Shown: piece after piece, positions 19,674 to 29,923 of the stretch
Layout of the letters: the number at the start of each line of letters is the position of its first letter
Numbering within the stretch: position 1 is the stretch's first letter
Assembly: GCA_044221725.1 (NCBI GenBank)
Contig: JBGAON010000002.1
Location: forward strand, 192,001-256,000
Direction of reading: 5' to 3'
From: Elusimicrobiota bacterium
GTDB lineage: Bacteria > Elusimicrobiota > Elusimicrobia > F11
Length of the DNA: 64,000 nt
The notes under the pieces: generated by a model
What the model was told of the DNA's origin: nothing
Seen by the model: the letters and a program-made list of their open reading frames with translations, nothing else
Databases searched by the model: none
Translations under genes and position numbers: made by a program

Positions 19674-21887
19674 TTGCGTACAAGGTCTTTCATCGTCGTC
19701 GGACTGACGTTACTGGCAACGGCGCGCGCGCATGCGGCCGTTGAAGTTTCGACCGCCACGGGGCGGAGCATTTTGTTCGATAGCAATTCGGGTGTGGCCG
19801 TTATTGAAGGGAACGCCGTGGTTGACAATTCAACAGCGACACTTAAAGCGGACAAGATTTCCATCAACACAAAAACGAAATTTGGTCACGCCGAAGGGAA
19901 CGTAAAACTCGAGCAGTCGTCGGCCACGCTTAACGGAACCGAGGCCGACTATTTTTGGGAAACGAGCACCGGCACGATCAAAGGCGCTTCTGGCGTTAAC
20001 CCACCATTTCGTTTTACGGCCGATCGTATGACTCAGCTTTCGCCGGACCTATTCAAAATTGAAGGCGGCGAATTCACCACCTGCGACGAAGTGCCGCCGC
20101 ACTACCACATTAAAGCCAAGAGCGGCATTATGCGCCGCGGCAAACGCGTAACGCTTAAGAACGCCGAACTTGTGCCCGACGACACGCCGAGTTTTTGGTC
20201 ACCGATTTATTCGAAGTCGCTCGTGCCCAAAAAATACCGTTTGCAGATCGAACCGGGTCACACGGCACGCGACGGTTTCACGGCGAAGACCATCCTTGGT
20301 TATCCATTTTCGCCGAATACCTGGACGAATTTTAAGTGGGATTATTTGCAGAACACCGGAAACGGTGTGGGTCTTCAACATATTTACACGCTACCGAACA
20401 TCAAAGGCAATTTCGATTCGTATTACATTCGCGACTACAATCCCGATCCCGAAATTCCGCAAAGCAAACGCTACACGGTGCTGTGGGGGCACTATCAGCG
20501 TTTCACGCCGCGCCTGACCGCCAACGCGAAGATCGATATCAAAAGCGACCAAACATTTGGCAATCAATTCACCGGAAACGGCAACCAGGTTCTCGTCGAA
20601 AATCAAACGCGCGGCCTTATTTCCGATGGCGGTCTCACTTATCAGTTCCCGAAGGCGACGCTGCAGTTGCAGGCGTCGCGCCAGGACAAGTTCGACTCGT
20701 TGGTGTCCTCCAAGCAGTACATCAGTCACCTGACATTGCCGAGTTTAAGTTTTAATACCGTCCCGCTGCGCAGCAAGCGTTTTCCTTTCTATACGAGCTT
20801 TAATGGCACGTACGTGAACGAGACACAGGATCGCAATGATCCCATGAAAAATCTCTATTACAAGCGCACCGTGACCGGCGGTGTCGAAATGAAAAAAGAT
20901 TTCCGCGTCAAACGGCGGTGGACGTTTACGCCGGTTTTCAATGTGAACGAGAGTTTCGCGAACCGCGTGCTCGGCTCATCGTATGTCGTGACCGAACAAG
21001 ATCAATACGTGTTGCGGTACACGGGAGGGCTCGATGTGCGTCGAAAATTTCTCCGGTGGTTGGATTTGCGTCTGGGATATCGCTACTCCGCTCGAAGCGA
21101 AGTTAATCAATGGAAGCAGGATTTAAAAGCCGACGATCAAGGTGTTGAGACCAACCAAATGACGGGTTCGTTTCAAACACGAATTGGTCGTTCGAGCCTC
21201 GTGACATTGGGAAGCGGTTACGATTACCGAAATGATCCCGATAGCCAACCCGGAAAATACAAACACGTCAGCGCGCGTGTGCTTAATCCCACCTTGGACG
21301 TTCAGTACGAACTGCAGAAAGATGTAAATCTGTATTTTCGAGAGACGTACAGCATCTACGACACCGCCGCGCAGCGCGTTGTGTCGACGCCGATCAACAC
21401 GTCCGGTGAAATTCAGTTCGGTGATCCGTCCGGATTCACGCTGTTTACCCAAGGTTTCACATTTTCAAAGACCGCGTCGGGCACGCCTTCGGAAGTTTTT
21501 CTCAACAACAAACTTAAGTTTTACCTCACGCCAAAATGGTACTTGGACATTTTCATTAGTTACCGCGCGGTTGGGGATGGGGGACTCAACTACAGCAAAC
21601 TTTTCCCAATCGAGAAAACGTTGCGCGTGGTTCGTGACATGCATTGTTGGGTTGTGCGCGGCGAATTTTCGGCACGCCCCGGCGCAACCGAAGTTTCCGT
21701 GTATGTTGATTTGAAAGCGAACTTGCGTCCCACGCGCAACGTGTTTGAAAAGGATCATTCGTCCGTGTATTCGACGCGCAACGATGGTCCCGATGTTGGG
21801 CAATTGTTCCCGGCCACGGCGCCCGCTCCGACGCCGACGCCGACACCGGTTCCCGCAGCGGATCCGGCTCCGAATGCACCAAAGTAA
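19674..21887 (+). CDS. lptD: LPS assembly outer-membrane protein, LptD-like
   Basis: Signal peptide from TTG 19674, OstA-like N-terminal domain (AEGNV, FTTCDEVPPHY), long beta-strand-rich barrel ending RDMHCW...VYVDLKA, then a Pro/Thr tail. Start is approximate. Confidence 0.8.
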   Translation: MRTRSFIVVGLTLLATARAHAAVEVSTATGRSILFDSNSGVAVIEGNAVVDNSTATLKADKISINTKTKFGHAEGNVKLEQSSATLNGTEADYFWETSTGTIKGASGVNPPFRFTADRMTQLSPDLFKIEGGEFTTCDEVPPHYHIKAKSGIMRRGKRVTLKNAELVPDDTPSFWSPIYSKSLVPKKYRLQIEPGHTARDGFTAKTILGYPFSPNTWTNFKWDYLQNTGNGVGLQHIYTLPNIKGNFDSYYIRDYNPDPEIPQSKRYTVLWGHYQRFTPRLTANAKIDIKSDQTFGNQFTGNGNQVLVENQTRGLISDGGLTYQFPKATLQLQASRQDKFDSLVSSKQYISHLTLPSLSFNTVPLRSKRFPFYTSFNGTYVNETQDRNDPMKNLYYKRTVTGGVEMKKDFRVKRRWTFTPVFNVNESFANRVLGSSYVVTEQDQYVLRYTGGLDVRRKFLRWLDLRLGYRYSARSEVNQWKQDLKADDQGVETNQMTGSFQTRIGRSSLVTLGSGYDYRNDPDSQPGKYKHVSARVLNPTLDVQYELQKDVNLYFRETYSIYDTAAQRVVSTPINTSGEIQFGDPSGFTLFTQGFTFSKTASGTPSEVFLNNKLKFYLTPKWYLDIFISYRAVGDGGLNYSKLFPIEKTLRVVRDMHCWVVRGEFSARPGATEVSVYVDLKANLRPTRNVFEKDHSSVYSTRNDGPDVGQLFPATAPAPTPTPTPVPAADPAPNAPK

Positions 21888-21929
21888 TTTGTTACACTCG
21901 CTGCCCAAACAATATCTCTTGGAGGATTC

Positions 21930-23273
21930 GTGAAAAAAGTTTGCATGATCGGCACCGGATACGTCGGACTTGTGACCGGTACCTGCTTCGCCGAACTCGG
22001 TCACCGTGTAATCTGTGTTGACAAAGACAAATCCAAGATCGATACGCTGAACGCCGGCGATGTGCCAATTTACGAGCCAGGGCTAAAAGAACTGGTTAAG
22101 AAACACCGTGCCGCCAAGCGCCTCACTTTCACAACGAGCATTGCCGAAGGTGTCCAGCAGTCCGACATTATTTTCATTGCGGTGCACACGCCGCCGCTTC
22201 CCGATGGCGGTGCGGATCTCAGTTTTGTCGAAGCGTGCACGCGCGAAGTTGCAGCGCACGCCAACGGATACAAGTTGCTCGTCGAAAAGTCCACGGTGCC
22301 GGTGCAGACCGGCGAACGTGTTCGCCAAACGCTCGCTTCCTTGTCGTCGCGGCACGATGACATTGAAGTGGCATCCAATCCCGAATTTCTTCGCGAAGGT
22401 TCCGCTATCGAAGATTTCTTGAAACCCGACCGCATCGTGATCGGCGTCCAATCAAAGCGCGCTGAAAAGCATTTGCGCGAGCTCTACGCAAAAATTAAGG
22501 CTCCGATGGTCGTGACCGATATCAACAGCGCCGAACTTATCAAGCATGCGTCCAATTCCTTCCTGGCTCTAAAAATTTCCTACATCAACGCGATTTCTCA
22601 GATCTGCGAGCGCGTGGGAGCCGATGTGTCGCGGGTGGCCGAAGGAATGGGGCTCGATCGCCGTATCGGGAAATCTTTTCTCAGCGCGGGCATCGGGTAC
22701 GGTGGTTCGTGTTTCCCGAAAGACGTTTCGGCGTTCATTAAAATTGCCGAGACGAACGGTTTTAATTTTGCGTTGCTCCGCGAAACGGAACGGGTGAACA
22801 GCGATCAACGATTGCTCGTGTTGAAAAAGCTCGAGCACGCGTTATGGACGTTGAAATCAAAAAAGATTGGCGTTTTGGGCCTCGCGTTTAAGCCCAACAC
22901 CGATGATCTTCGTAACGCGCCCGCCATCGACATTATTCAAGAGCTGTTGGCGAAGGGGGCCATGGTGACGGCGTACGATCCGGTGGCCAGTGAAAAAATG
23001 AAACAGCAATTTCCGAACATTACGTACGTCGATAACCCGTACGACGTTGCCCGTGACGCGAACGGCGTGTTGGTCGTCACCGAATGGCCCGAATTCCGCC
23101 GGCTGAATTTGAAAAAACTGAAGTCGCTTATGGCCACGCCTGTTCTCGTCGACGGCAGAAATCTTTTCGATCCGGCCGAGGCGGCCAAGAACGGTTTTAC
23201 GTACCATTCGATCGGACGCCCATCCGTTATGCGCCGAGAACCCGAGGTTTCCAAGTTAAAGGTGACGGCCTGA
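21930..23273 (+). CDS. ugd: UDP-glucose 6-dehydrogenase
   Basis: IGTGYVGL, KSTVP, SNPEFLREG, GYGGSCFPKD (catalytic Cys), GLAFKPNTDD. Confidence 0.95.
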   Translation: MKKVCMIGTGYVGLVTGTCFAELGHRVICVDKDKSKIDTLNAGDVPIYEPGLKELVKKHRAAKRLTFTTSIAEGVQQSDIIFIAVHTPPLPDGGADLSFVEACTREVAAHANGYKLLVEKSTVPVQTGERVRQTLASLSSRHDDIEVASNPEFLREGSAIEDFLKPDRIVIGVQSKRAEKHLRELYAKIKAPMVVTDINSAELIKHASNSFLALKISYINAISQICERVGADVSRVAEGMGLDRRIGKSFLSAGIGYGGSCFPKDVSAFIKIAETNGFNFALLRETERVNSDQRLLVLKKLEHALWTLKSKKIGVLGLAFKPNTDDLRNAPAIDIIQELLAKGAMVTAYDPVASEKMKQQFPNITYVDNPYDVARDANGVLVVTEWPEFRRLNLKKLKSLMATPVLVDGRNLFDPAEAAKNGFTYHSIGRPSVMRREPEVSKLKVTA

Positions 23274-23977
23274 AGTTAAGCGTTATCGTCCCCTGCTTCA
23301 ACGAAGAGGCGAATCTGCGCCGGTTTCCGCTTGAGCTCTTCGATCCGCTTCGAAAGACCGGATTTGCATTTGAAGTAATCCTCATCGACGATGGCTCGAC
23401 CGACGAAAGTTACGGGACAATGCGCGAGCTGCAATCCGCGAACGACTTCATCAGAATTTGTCAGCACGCCGAGAACCGGGGACTTGGCGCCAGTGTTCGA
23501 ACCGGCATCTCGAACTCATCGGGTGACGCAATTTTGACTCTCGATGCGGATCTTACGTTTCACCCGCGCGATTTTTCGCAAGTGTTCGCGGCGTTCACAA
23601 ACGATGTGGATTGCGTGATGGGGTCCCCGTTCCTCGGGAAAATGAAAGGTGTCTCTGCGTTTCGGCGGTTGCTCAGTTGGGGCGTCAATTTTATTTACCG
23701 CGTGTTGTTGGGGAAGCCGTTCACGGCGGTCAGTTCAATTTTTCGACTGTACCGCGCGTCTGCGATTAAAGCGCTTCATTTGACCTGTGATTCGTTTGAT
23801 ATCAATGCGGAAATTCTTCTGAAGTTGCTGGCATCGAACGCGCGCGTTGTGGAGGTTCCGGTCACACTGGAACGCCGCATGTACGGTGTGTCAAAAATTA
23901 ATACGGTGCGCGAAATTAAAAATCATCTAAAAATGTTCATGCGAATTCTTTTATGGAAAACAAAAAACCAAAAGTAA
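23270..23977 (+). CDS. GT2 glycosyltransferase (polyprenol-phosphate/DPM synthase-like)
   Basis: [32 protein letters not shown]. Likely start is a CTG overlapping the ugd stop. Confidence 0.85.
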   Translation: MKLSVIVPCFNEEANLRRFPLELFDPLRKTGFAFEVILIDDGSTDESYGTMRELQSANDFIRICQHAENRGLGASVRTGISNSSGDAILTLDADLTFHPRDFSQVFAAFTNDVDCVMGSPFLGKMKGVSAFRRLLSWGVNFIYRVLLGKPFTAVSSIFRLYRASAIKALHLTCDSFDINAEILLKLLASNARVVEVPVTLERRMYGVSKINTVREIKNHLKMFMRILLWKTKNQK

Positions 23978-24711
23978 CCGTTGTCATGCCCGCCTACAAC
24001 GCGGAGAAAACACTGGAACGCACGCTGGCCGATATTCCCGCCGGTTCGTGCGATGACATTATCCTCGTCGATGATTGTTCAAAAGACGGCACCGTGGAAC
24101 TCGCAAAGAAGCTCGGTATATTTACCATCCGCCATGAAAAAAACCTCGGCTACGGTGGAAATCAAAAGACCTGTTACGCGGCCGCTCTTGAGCGCGGCGC
24201 CGATATTGTGGTGATGCTTCACCCCGATTTTCAGTACGACGCGCGTCTCATTCCTTACATGACCGGGCTTATTCGCGATAACGTTTGCGATGTTATTCTT
24301 GGAAGCCGTATTCGCACGCGTCGGGAATGTCTGAAAGGCGGAATGCCGTTCTACAAGTATTTGAACAACCGCATTCTCACGTTGACCGAAAATCTTGTTT
24401 TTGGCATCGCGGTATCCGAAACACACACCGGTTACCGTGCGTACAGCCGAAAGGTCTTGGAAGCCATTCCGTTCAAGAAAAATTCGAACGATTTTGTGTT
24501 TGATCAGCACGCGATCGCCCAGATCGTGCATTTCGGTTTTCGCATCGGTGAAATTCCGGTGCCCACGCGCTATTTTAAAGAGGCGTCCTCGATAAGTTTC
24601 CGTCGCAGCGTCGTCTACGGTATCTCGACCTTATGGACCTTAGCTCGCTACGTGATGCATAAAATTGGCCTCACGTACGCGATTCTCGTGCCCGACGCGA
24701 GACGTGCCTAA
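23953..24711 (+). CDS. GT2 glycosyltransferase (DPM synthase-like)
   Basis: [40 protein letters not shown]. Confidence 0.9.
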   Translation: MENKKPKVTVVMPAYNAEKTLERTLADIPAGSCDDIILVDDCSKDGTVELAKKLGIFTIRHEKNLGYGGNQKTCYAAALERGADIVVMLHPDFQYDARLIPYMTGLIRDNVCDVILGSRIRTRRECLKGGMPFYKYLNNRILTLTENLVFGIAVSETHTGYRAYSRKVLEAIPFKKNSNDFVFDQHAIAQIVHFGFRIGEIPVPTRYFKEASSISFRRSVVYGISTLWTLARYVMHKIGLTYAILVPDARRA

Positions 24712-25819
24712 CTCTTCTCGAATCCTTTTCGTCATCACCGATTCCGGCACCGGCGGAACGGAGAAAGTTCTCTTCTCGCTGCTTAAAAATTTGCCCCGCG
24801 ACCGCTTTTCGATCGCGGCGGTCGTCGTGCTTAAACAAAAGCGAGAAATGGCCGTTCAATGGGAAAATCTGGGCGTGCCCGTTGTTTCGCTCGGAATGAA
24901 GCGCTGGCCGACACCACGCATTATCATGGGATTGCGCAAAGCCATTCGTGATTTCCAACCCGATGTTGTTCACGCGCTGCTATTTCATTCCATCCAAACG
25001 GCGCGGCTGGTTCGCGCAATGGACAATTCGTTTGCGCTCATTTCCTCACCGCGCGTCAATTACCGATTTGCTCCGCGCATGGCGTTGTGGCTCGATTCAA
25101 TCTTGAAACGCGAAGACACGCTTACGTTGTGCGAAAGCGAAGCCGGACGAGGGGGGCTCATCGAGCAACACGGCTATATTCCTGACCGCGTCACCGTTGC
25201 GGTCACGTCGGTGGATCCGCAGCGTTTCCGTTTTGATGCCGACGCGCGCGCGCGACTGCGGCACGAATGGGGTGTTTCGTCGGACACCGTCGTTGTTGGA
25301 TCGGTCGGTCGGCTTCATCCGCAGAAAGGATTTGATGTGTTCATTGATGCGTTGACTCAGCTGAGCGGGATAAAAGGCAATTTTAAAGCGGTCTTGGTGG
25401 GAGAAGGCCCCGAAGACGCCGCGCTAAAGCAGCTTGCTTTCGAAAAGGGTGTGTCCATGCTTTTTGCTGGCAAACGAACGGATGTGCCCGATTTGCTTTC
25501 CGCGTTTGATGTGTACGTGCAGAGTTCGCGTTACGAGGGATTATCAAACGCATTGCTCGAAGCCATGAGCGTGGGATGCGCGTGCGTGGCAACCGCGGTC
25601 GACGGTACGATGGATTTTGCCGAAGATGGAAAAAATGTGCTGTTGGTCCCACCGAACGATCCGCTGCGCTTGGCCGTCGCGATTGGAACACTGATTGAGA
25701 AACCGGCGTTGCGGGGCCAACTGGCCGAGAATGCTAAGATCACGGCCTCAAAATTTTCTCTCGATCGAATGATTCGAGAATTCGGAGACGCTTACGACCA
25801 TGTCCGTTCCCTTCATTGA
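24704..25819 (+). CDS. GT4 glycosyltransferase
   Basis: [28 protein letters not shown] (EX7E); start set at GTG 24704. Confidence 0.9.
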   Translation: MPNSSRILFVITDSGTGGTEKVLFSLLKNLPRDRFSIAAVVVLKQKREMAVQWENLGVPVVSLGMKRWPTPRIIMGLRKAIRDFQPDVVHALLFHSIQTARLVRAMDNSFALISSPRVNYRFAPRMALWLDSILKREDTLTLCESEAGRGGLIEQHGYIPDRVTVAVTSVDPQRFRFDADARARLRHEWGVSSDTVVVGSVGRLHPQKGFDVFIDALTQLSGIKGNFKAVLVGEGPEDAALKQLAFEKGVSMLFAGKRTDVPDLLSAFDVYVQSSRYEGLSNALLEAMSVGCACVATAVDGTMDFAEDGKNVLLVPPNDPLRLAVAIGTLIEKPALRGQLAENAKITASKFSLDRMIREFGDAYDHVRSLH

Positions 25820-26915
25820 TGTCCGTGTAAAAAATCCGGAGATGCGCGCACGCATCGACACGGTGCTCGCGAAACTCATCGACGACGCTTCCTATATTGG
25901 CGGCAATGAAGTCCAGAAATTTTCCGAAGAATTTGGCGCATTCTGCGGCGGGGGAAAATGCGTGACGGTGGCCAACGGCACCGACGCGCTGATTCTTGCT
26001 CTGAAAGCGCTTGGCGTTGGTCCGGGCGACGAGGTCATCACGGTACCGTTTACGTTTATTGCGACCGCGGAGGCGATTACGCATGTGGGCGCGTCCGTTC
26101 GATTTGTCGACATCCATCCGAAGAGTTACACAATGGATCCGAACGAGCTGAAGCGCGCGATCACGTCGAAAACAAAAGCCATCATTCCGGTCCATTTGTT
26201 TGGCCAACCCGCCGACATGGATCCGATAATGGACATCGCTCGCGTGCACAAAGCCGCGGTGATTGAAGACGCCGCGCAGGCCCACGGCGCCGAATACAAA
26301 GGAAAACGCGTCGGTACGTTGGGTGATATTGCGTGCTTTAGTTTTTACCCAACAAAAAATCTCGGAGCGATGGGAGATGGCGGGGCCATCGTCACGCGTT
26401 CCGAAGACCTAGCGGCAAAGGTCGCGCGACTTGCCGATCACGGTCGGGCGGACCGCTACTTTCATACGGTCGAAGGTTTTAACAGTCGGCTCGACGCTTT
26501 TCAAGCCGCCATCCTACGCATCAAATTGGAGCAATTGGACAACGCAAACGCGCGTCGGCGAGAGATCGCCGAGGCCTATAATAAGGAGCTACGAAAACAC
26601 TCATTTGCGACGCCGCCCGTCGTAGAGGCGTATGCCAAGCACGTTTTTCACATTTATTCGGTGGAAAGTTCTCAGCGTGATCTGTTTATGCAGCATCTCA
26701 AGGATCGAAATATTGGCTGCGGCGTCTATTATCCGATTCCGCTCCATCTTCAGCCGGCGTACGCGCGGCTCAAACTTTTGAAGGGGGCGTTCCCGGTGAG
26801 CGAGCACTTGGCCGACCGAATCCTTGGTTTGCCGATGTTTCCGGATATGACGGCAGCGGATATTGAAACGGTCTGCGCTGCAATCCGGTCGTTTTCTCCA
26901 GCCGTTTTGCATTAA
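25800..26915 (+). CDS. DegT/DnrJ/EryC1/StrS sugar aminotransferase
   Basis: ANGTDAL, TFIATAEA, EDAAQAHG, FSFYPTKNLG. Confidence 0.93.
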   Translation: MSVPFIDVRVKNPEMRARIDTVLAKLIDDASYIGGNEVQKFSEEFGAFCGGGKCVTVANGTDALILALKALGVGPGDEVITVPFTFIATAEAITHVGASVRFVDIHPKSYTMDPNELKRAITSKTKAIIPVHLFGQPADMDPIMDIARVHKAAVIEDAAQAHGAEYKGKRVGTLGDIACFSFYPTKNLGAMGDGGAIVTRSEDLAAKVARLADHGRADRYFHTVEGFNSRLDAFQAAILRIKLEQLDNANARRREIAEAYNKELRKHSFATPPVVEAYAKHVFHIYSVESSQRDLFMQHLKDRNIGCGVYYPIPLHLQPAYARLKLLKGAFPVSEHLADRILGLPMFPDMTAADIETVCAAIRSFSPAVLH

Positions 26916-26931
26916 TAAAAAAAGTTAGACG

Positions 26932-26960
26932 TTGACGCTGTCGCGTTTCGGGTGTATATA
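26932..26960 (+). promoter_or_regulatory. Putative sigma70 promoter for the regulator and the downstream glycan genes
   Basis: TTGACG (26932-26937), 17 nt spacer, TATATA (26955-26960). Confidence 0.6.
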
Positions 26961-26982
26961 TCGTTTAGAACATTCTAAACGA
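26961..26982. promoter_or_regulatory. Perfect palindromic operator, probably autoregulatory
   Basis: TCGTTTAGAA-CA-TTCTAAACGA (10-bp arms) between the -10 box and the SD of the regulator gene. Confidence 0.75.
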
Positions 26983-26992
26983 GAGGAACTCT

Positions 26993-27475
26993 ATGACACC
27001 GACTTCCACCACCAACCAAATTGAATTTGCGCGGTTTGCCGGAGAATTGGCAGAGTCGCTCAGTTTCAATCGCTCCATTGGCCAGATTTTCGGCCTTTTG
27101 TACTTGGCCTCCGAACCACTCTCTCTTAGTGACATATCCCAGCGCTTGTCGATGAGCAAAGGAAACGCCAGCATCAATCTGCGCTACTTGGAGTCGTGGG
27201 GAGCTGTTCGGCCGGTAGCAACAGGAACACGTCGCGATCATTACCAAGCCAATACAAATCTTAAAGAGATCATCTTGCGGCGCGTCGAAGAAGGAATATC
27301 ACGCCGTCTCGACCATGCCGAAGAGCGCCTCGCACAAATTATTTCGAACGAAGATAATTCCGCGTCGTTGGATCCGCAGGCGAAAAAGAAGATTCAAGAT
27401 TTGAAAAGTCTCCTGAGCGGCGGCCGAAAGGCGCTGAAATTGCTGCCGACCGCACTGAAATTCCTTCCGAAATAA
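26993..27475 (+). CDS. GbsR/MarR-family winged-helix transcriptional regulator
   Basis: RSIGQIFGLLYLASEPLSLSDISQRLSMSKGNASINLRYLESWGAV...RRDHY. Confidence 0.88.
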   Translation: MTPTSTTNQIEFARFAGELAESLSFNRSIGQIFGLLYLASEPLSLSDISQRLSMSKGNASINLRYLESWGAVRPVATGTRRDHYQANTNLKEIILRRVEEGISRRLDHAEERLAQIISNEDNSASLDPQAKKKIQDLKSLLSGGRKALKLLPTALKFLPK

Positions 27476-27476
27476 A

Positions 27477-29231
27477 ATGTGTGGAATCGCCGGCATCGTT
27501 CATTACGGACGTTCCGAATCGGTCTCCAGAGATGTCCTTGCGCGCATGAACGATGCGATGACCCATCGCGGTCCCGATGACGCCGGCGTTTTCGTGGATG
27601 GCAATGTCGGTCTCGCGATGCGCCGTTTGTCCATCATCGATGTGGCCGGCGGCCACCAGCCGATGAAAAGCGACGATGCCAACCACACGATTGTGTTCAA
27701 CGGAGAGATCTACAATTTCCAACAATTGCGCGACGATTTGCGCGCGAAAGGACATTCTTTTCAATCGTCGTCGGATACCGAAGTTTTGCTGCGCCTGTAC
27801 GCGCAATACGGAAACGACTGCGTTCATCACTTGCGCGGTATGTTTGCGTTCGCGATTTGGGACAAGCGCGCCGAAAAATTGTTCGTGGCGCGGGACCGGT
27901 TTGGAAAAAAACCGTTCGTGTATCAAATCTCGGATGGTCGTTTCGCGTTTGCATCGGAACTGCAGGCGCTCGTTACCTTGCCGTGGGTGTCCAAGGAAAT
28001 TGATCTGGAAGCGGTCGATCTGTACCTGTCCTTGCAATACATTCCGAGTCCGTGGTCCATCTATAGATCTGTCCGGAAATTACCGCCGGCGCACACGTTA
28101 ACGCTCGAGAAGGGGAAATTCCGAGTGGAGCGGTACTGGGCGCCGCCGACGGACGGAAAAAAACTTTCACTGTCGCTCGCTGAAGCCGAATTCAAAATTG
28201 TTGAGTTGTTAAAAGAATCCACGCGGTTGCGTATGATTTCCGATGTTCCGCTGGGCGCGTTTCTGTCGGGCGGTTTGGATTCGACGTGCATCGTTGGGAT
28301 CATGAGTCAGCTAACCGATAAACCCGTGAAAACATTTTCCATTGGATTCGAAGAAGACGAATTTTCCGAATTGCCCTATGCGCGACAAGCGGCCCACGCG
28401 TTTGGTACGGATCACACGGAGTTCATTGTAAAGCCGGACATGGCCGACGTTTTACCGAAGCTCGCGCAGCATTACGGCGAGCCTTTTGGCGATTGTTCGG
28501 CCTTCGCGACCTACTTTTTGGCTCGCGAAACGCGTCGCAAAGTGACGGTGGCTCTCAACGGCGACGGCGGCGACGAAAATTTCGCCGGTTACCGGCGTTA
28601 CGTGCCGATGAAATGGGATTTTCTTGCGTCGGCCAAGCTGTACCTGAATTTCATTGGAATTTTTAAAACCCATCAGAAAGAATCTCTGTACAAAAAAGAA
28701 ATTAAGGAAGTGATTCGGCCGAATCTTGCCGCCGGCTACTTTGATTCCTTTCTTCAAAAGTCGAACGGACTCGACCGTGTGAACCGATGGTTGAATCTTG
28801 ATTTGCAAACCTACTTGCCGGAATGTCTGATGACCAAAGTGGACATCGCGACGATGGCGAATTCATTGGAGGGACGCTCTCCGCTGCTGGATCATGTGTT
28901 CGTGGAATTTGTGGCTCGGCTGCGCGGCGACTGGAAACTGAAAGGCCTCACGCAAAGCAAATGGATTTTCAAGCGCGCGTTTCAGAATTTAATTCCTCGG
29001 CCGCTATTGGCGCGCAAGAAGATGGGTTTCGGGATTCCACTAAAGACCTGGTTTCAAAAAGATCTGAAAAATTTGTGGAGCGAGGCCGTGTTGTCATCGG
29101 AGTCTCTCAGTCAACGCTTTTTTAATCGCTCGGCGCTCGAGCAAATGTTTCGCGAGCACGTGGAAAACAAAAAAGATCACGGCTACCGGTTGTGGAATCT
29201 GTTGATGCTGGAATATTGGCGCAGCGCATGA
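27477..29231 (+). CDS. Asparagine synthetase-like amidotransferase (WbpS-like, glycan amidation)
   Basis: MCGIAG, HRGPD, FNGEIYN, LSGGLDS, GDGGDE, SLEGRSP; located in a glycan locus. Confidence 0.9.
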   Translation: MCGIAGIVHYGRSESVSRDVLARMNDAMTHRGPDDAGVFVDGNVGLAMRRLSIIDVAGGHQPMKSDDANHTIVFNGEIYNFQQLRDDLRAKGHSFQSSSDTEVLLRLYAQYGNDCVHHLRGMFAFAIWDKRAEKLFVARDRFGKKPFVYQISDGRFAFASELQALVTLPWVSKEIDLEAVDLYLSLQYIPSPWSIYRSVRKLPPAHTLTLEKGKFRVERYWAPPTDGKKLSLSLAEAEFKIVELLKESTRLRMISDVPLGAFLSGGLDSTCIVGIMSQLTDKPVKTFSIGFEEDEFSELPYARQAAHAFGTDHTEFIVKPDMADVLPKLAQHYGEPFGDCSAFATYFLARETRRKVTVALNGDGGDENFAGYRRYVPMKWDFLASAKLYLNFIGIFKTHQKESLYKKEIKEVIRPNLAAGYFDSFLQKSNGLDRVNRWLNLDLQTYLPECLMTKVDIATMANSLEGRSPLLDHVFVEFVARLRGDWKLKGLTQSKWIFKRAFQNLIPRPLLARKKMGFGIPLKTWFQKDLKNLWSEAVLSSESLSQRFFNRSALEQMFREHVENKKDHGYRLWNLLMLEYWRSA

Positions 29232-29923
29232 AGATCGCCACGATTGTACAAGCCCGCATGTCGTCCAAGAGGTTGCCGGGAAAGAGTTTGACGCTCATTG
29301 AAGGGAAACCAATCCTCCAATACGTTGTCGAGAAGGTGGCGCACAGCGTGCAGCGAGCGGAAGTAATCGTTGCTACCTCCTCGCAACCCGAAGACGATCC
29401 CATTCAGGCGTTCTGCACGAAAGAAAATGTGCGGTGCCACCGAGGGCCGCTCGAGGATGTTGCGCTACGGTTTAAACAGATCGTCGAGTCGTACGGACTG
29501 ACGGCGTTTGTTCGTGTTAGCGGGGATAGCCCGTTGATTGATCCGGGTGTTATTGACGAAGCGATTCGCTTGTTCCAATCCGGCCCGTGGGATCTTGCGT
29601 CGAATATTGTTGTGCGCACGTTTCCGAAAGGACAGTCGGTCGAAGTTGTTCGCTCGGCCGCATTCTTGAAAGCCTATCCGAAAATGACCGACCCCTCCGA
29701 TAGGGAACACGTGACACCATTTTTTTATCGGCACGCGACCGATTTTCATATTGCGGAATTTCGTTCCGATCAAAATTGCGGGGCCGTGAACCTCTCGGTT
29801 GATACGGCGGATGATCTCCGAAATGTAGAAGAAATCATCCGCTCAATGTCGCGGCCGCACTGGACCTACGGGTGGAAGGAAATCCTTGATAGGAGCAATT
29901 CGCTTCGCAGGAAGACCGCGTGA
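29228..29923 (+). CDS. SpsF-like acylneuraminate cytidylyltransferase
   Basis: IVQARMSSKRLPGK, VATS, RVSGDSP, REHVT, LSVDT; ATG 29228. Confidence 0.88.
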   Translation: MKIATIVQARMSSKRLPGKSLTLIEGKPILQYVVEKVAHSVQRAEVIVATSSQPEDDPIQAFCTKENVRCHRGPLEDVALRFKQIVESYGLTAFVRVSGDSPLIDPGVIDEAIRLFQSGPWDLASNIVVRTFPKGQSVEVVRSAAFLKAYPKMTDPSDREHVTPFFYRHATDFHIAEFRSDQNCGAVNLSVDTADDLRNVEEIIRSMSRPHWTYGWKEILDRSNSLRRKTA

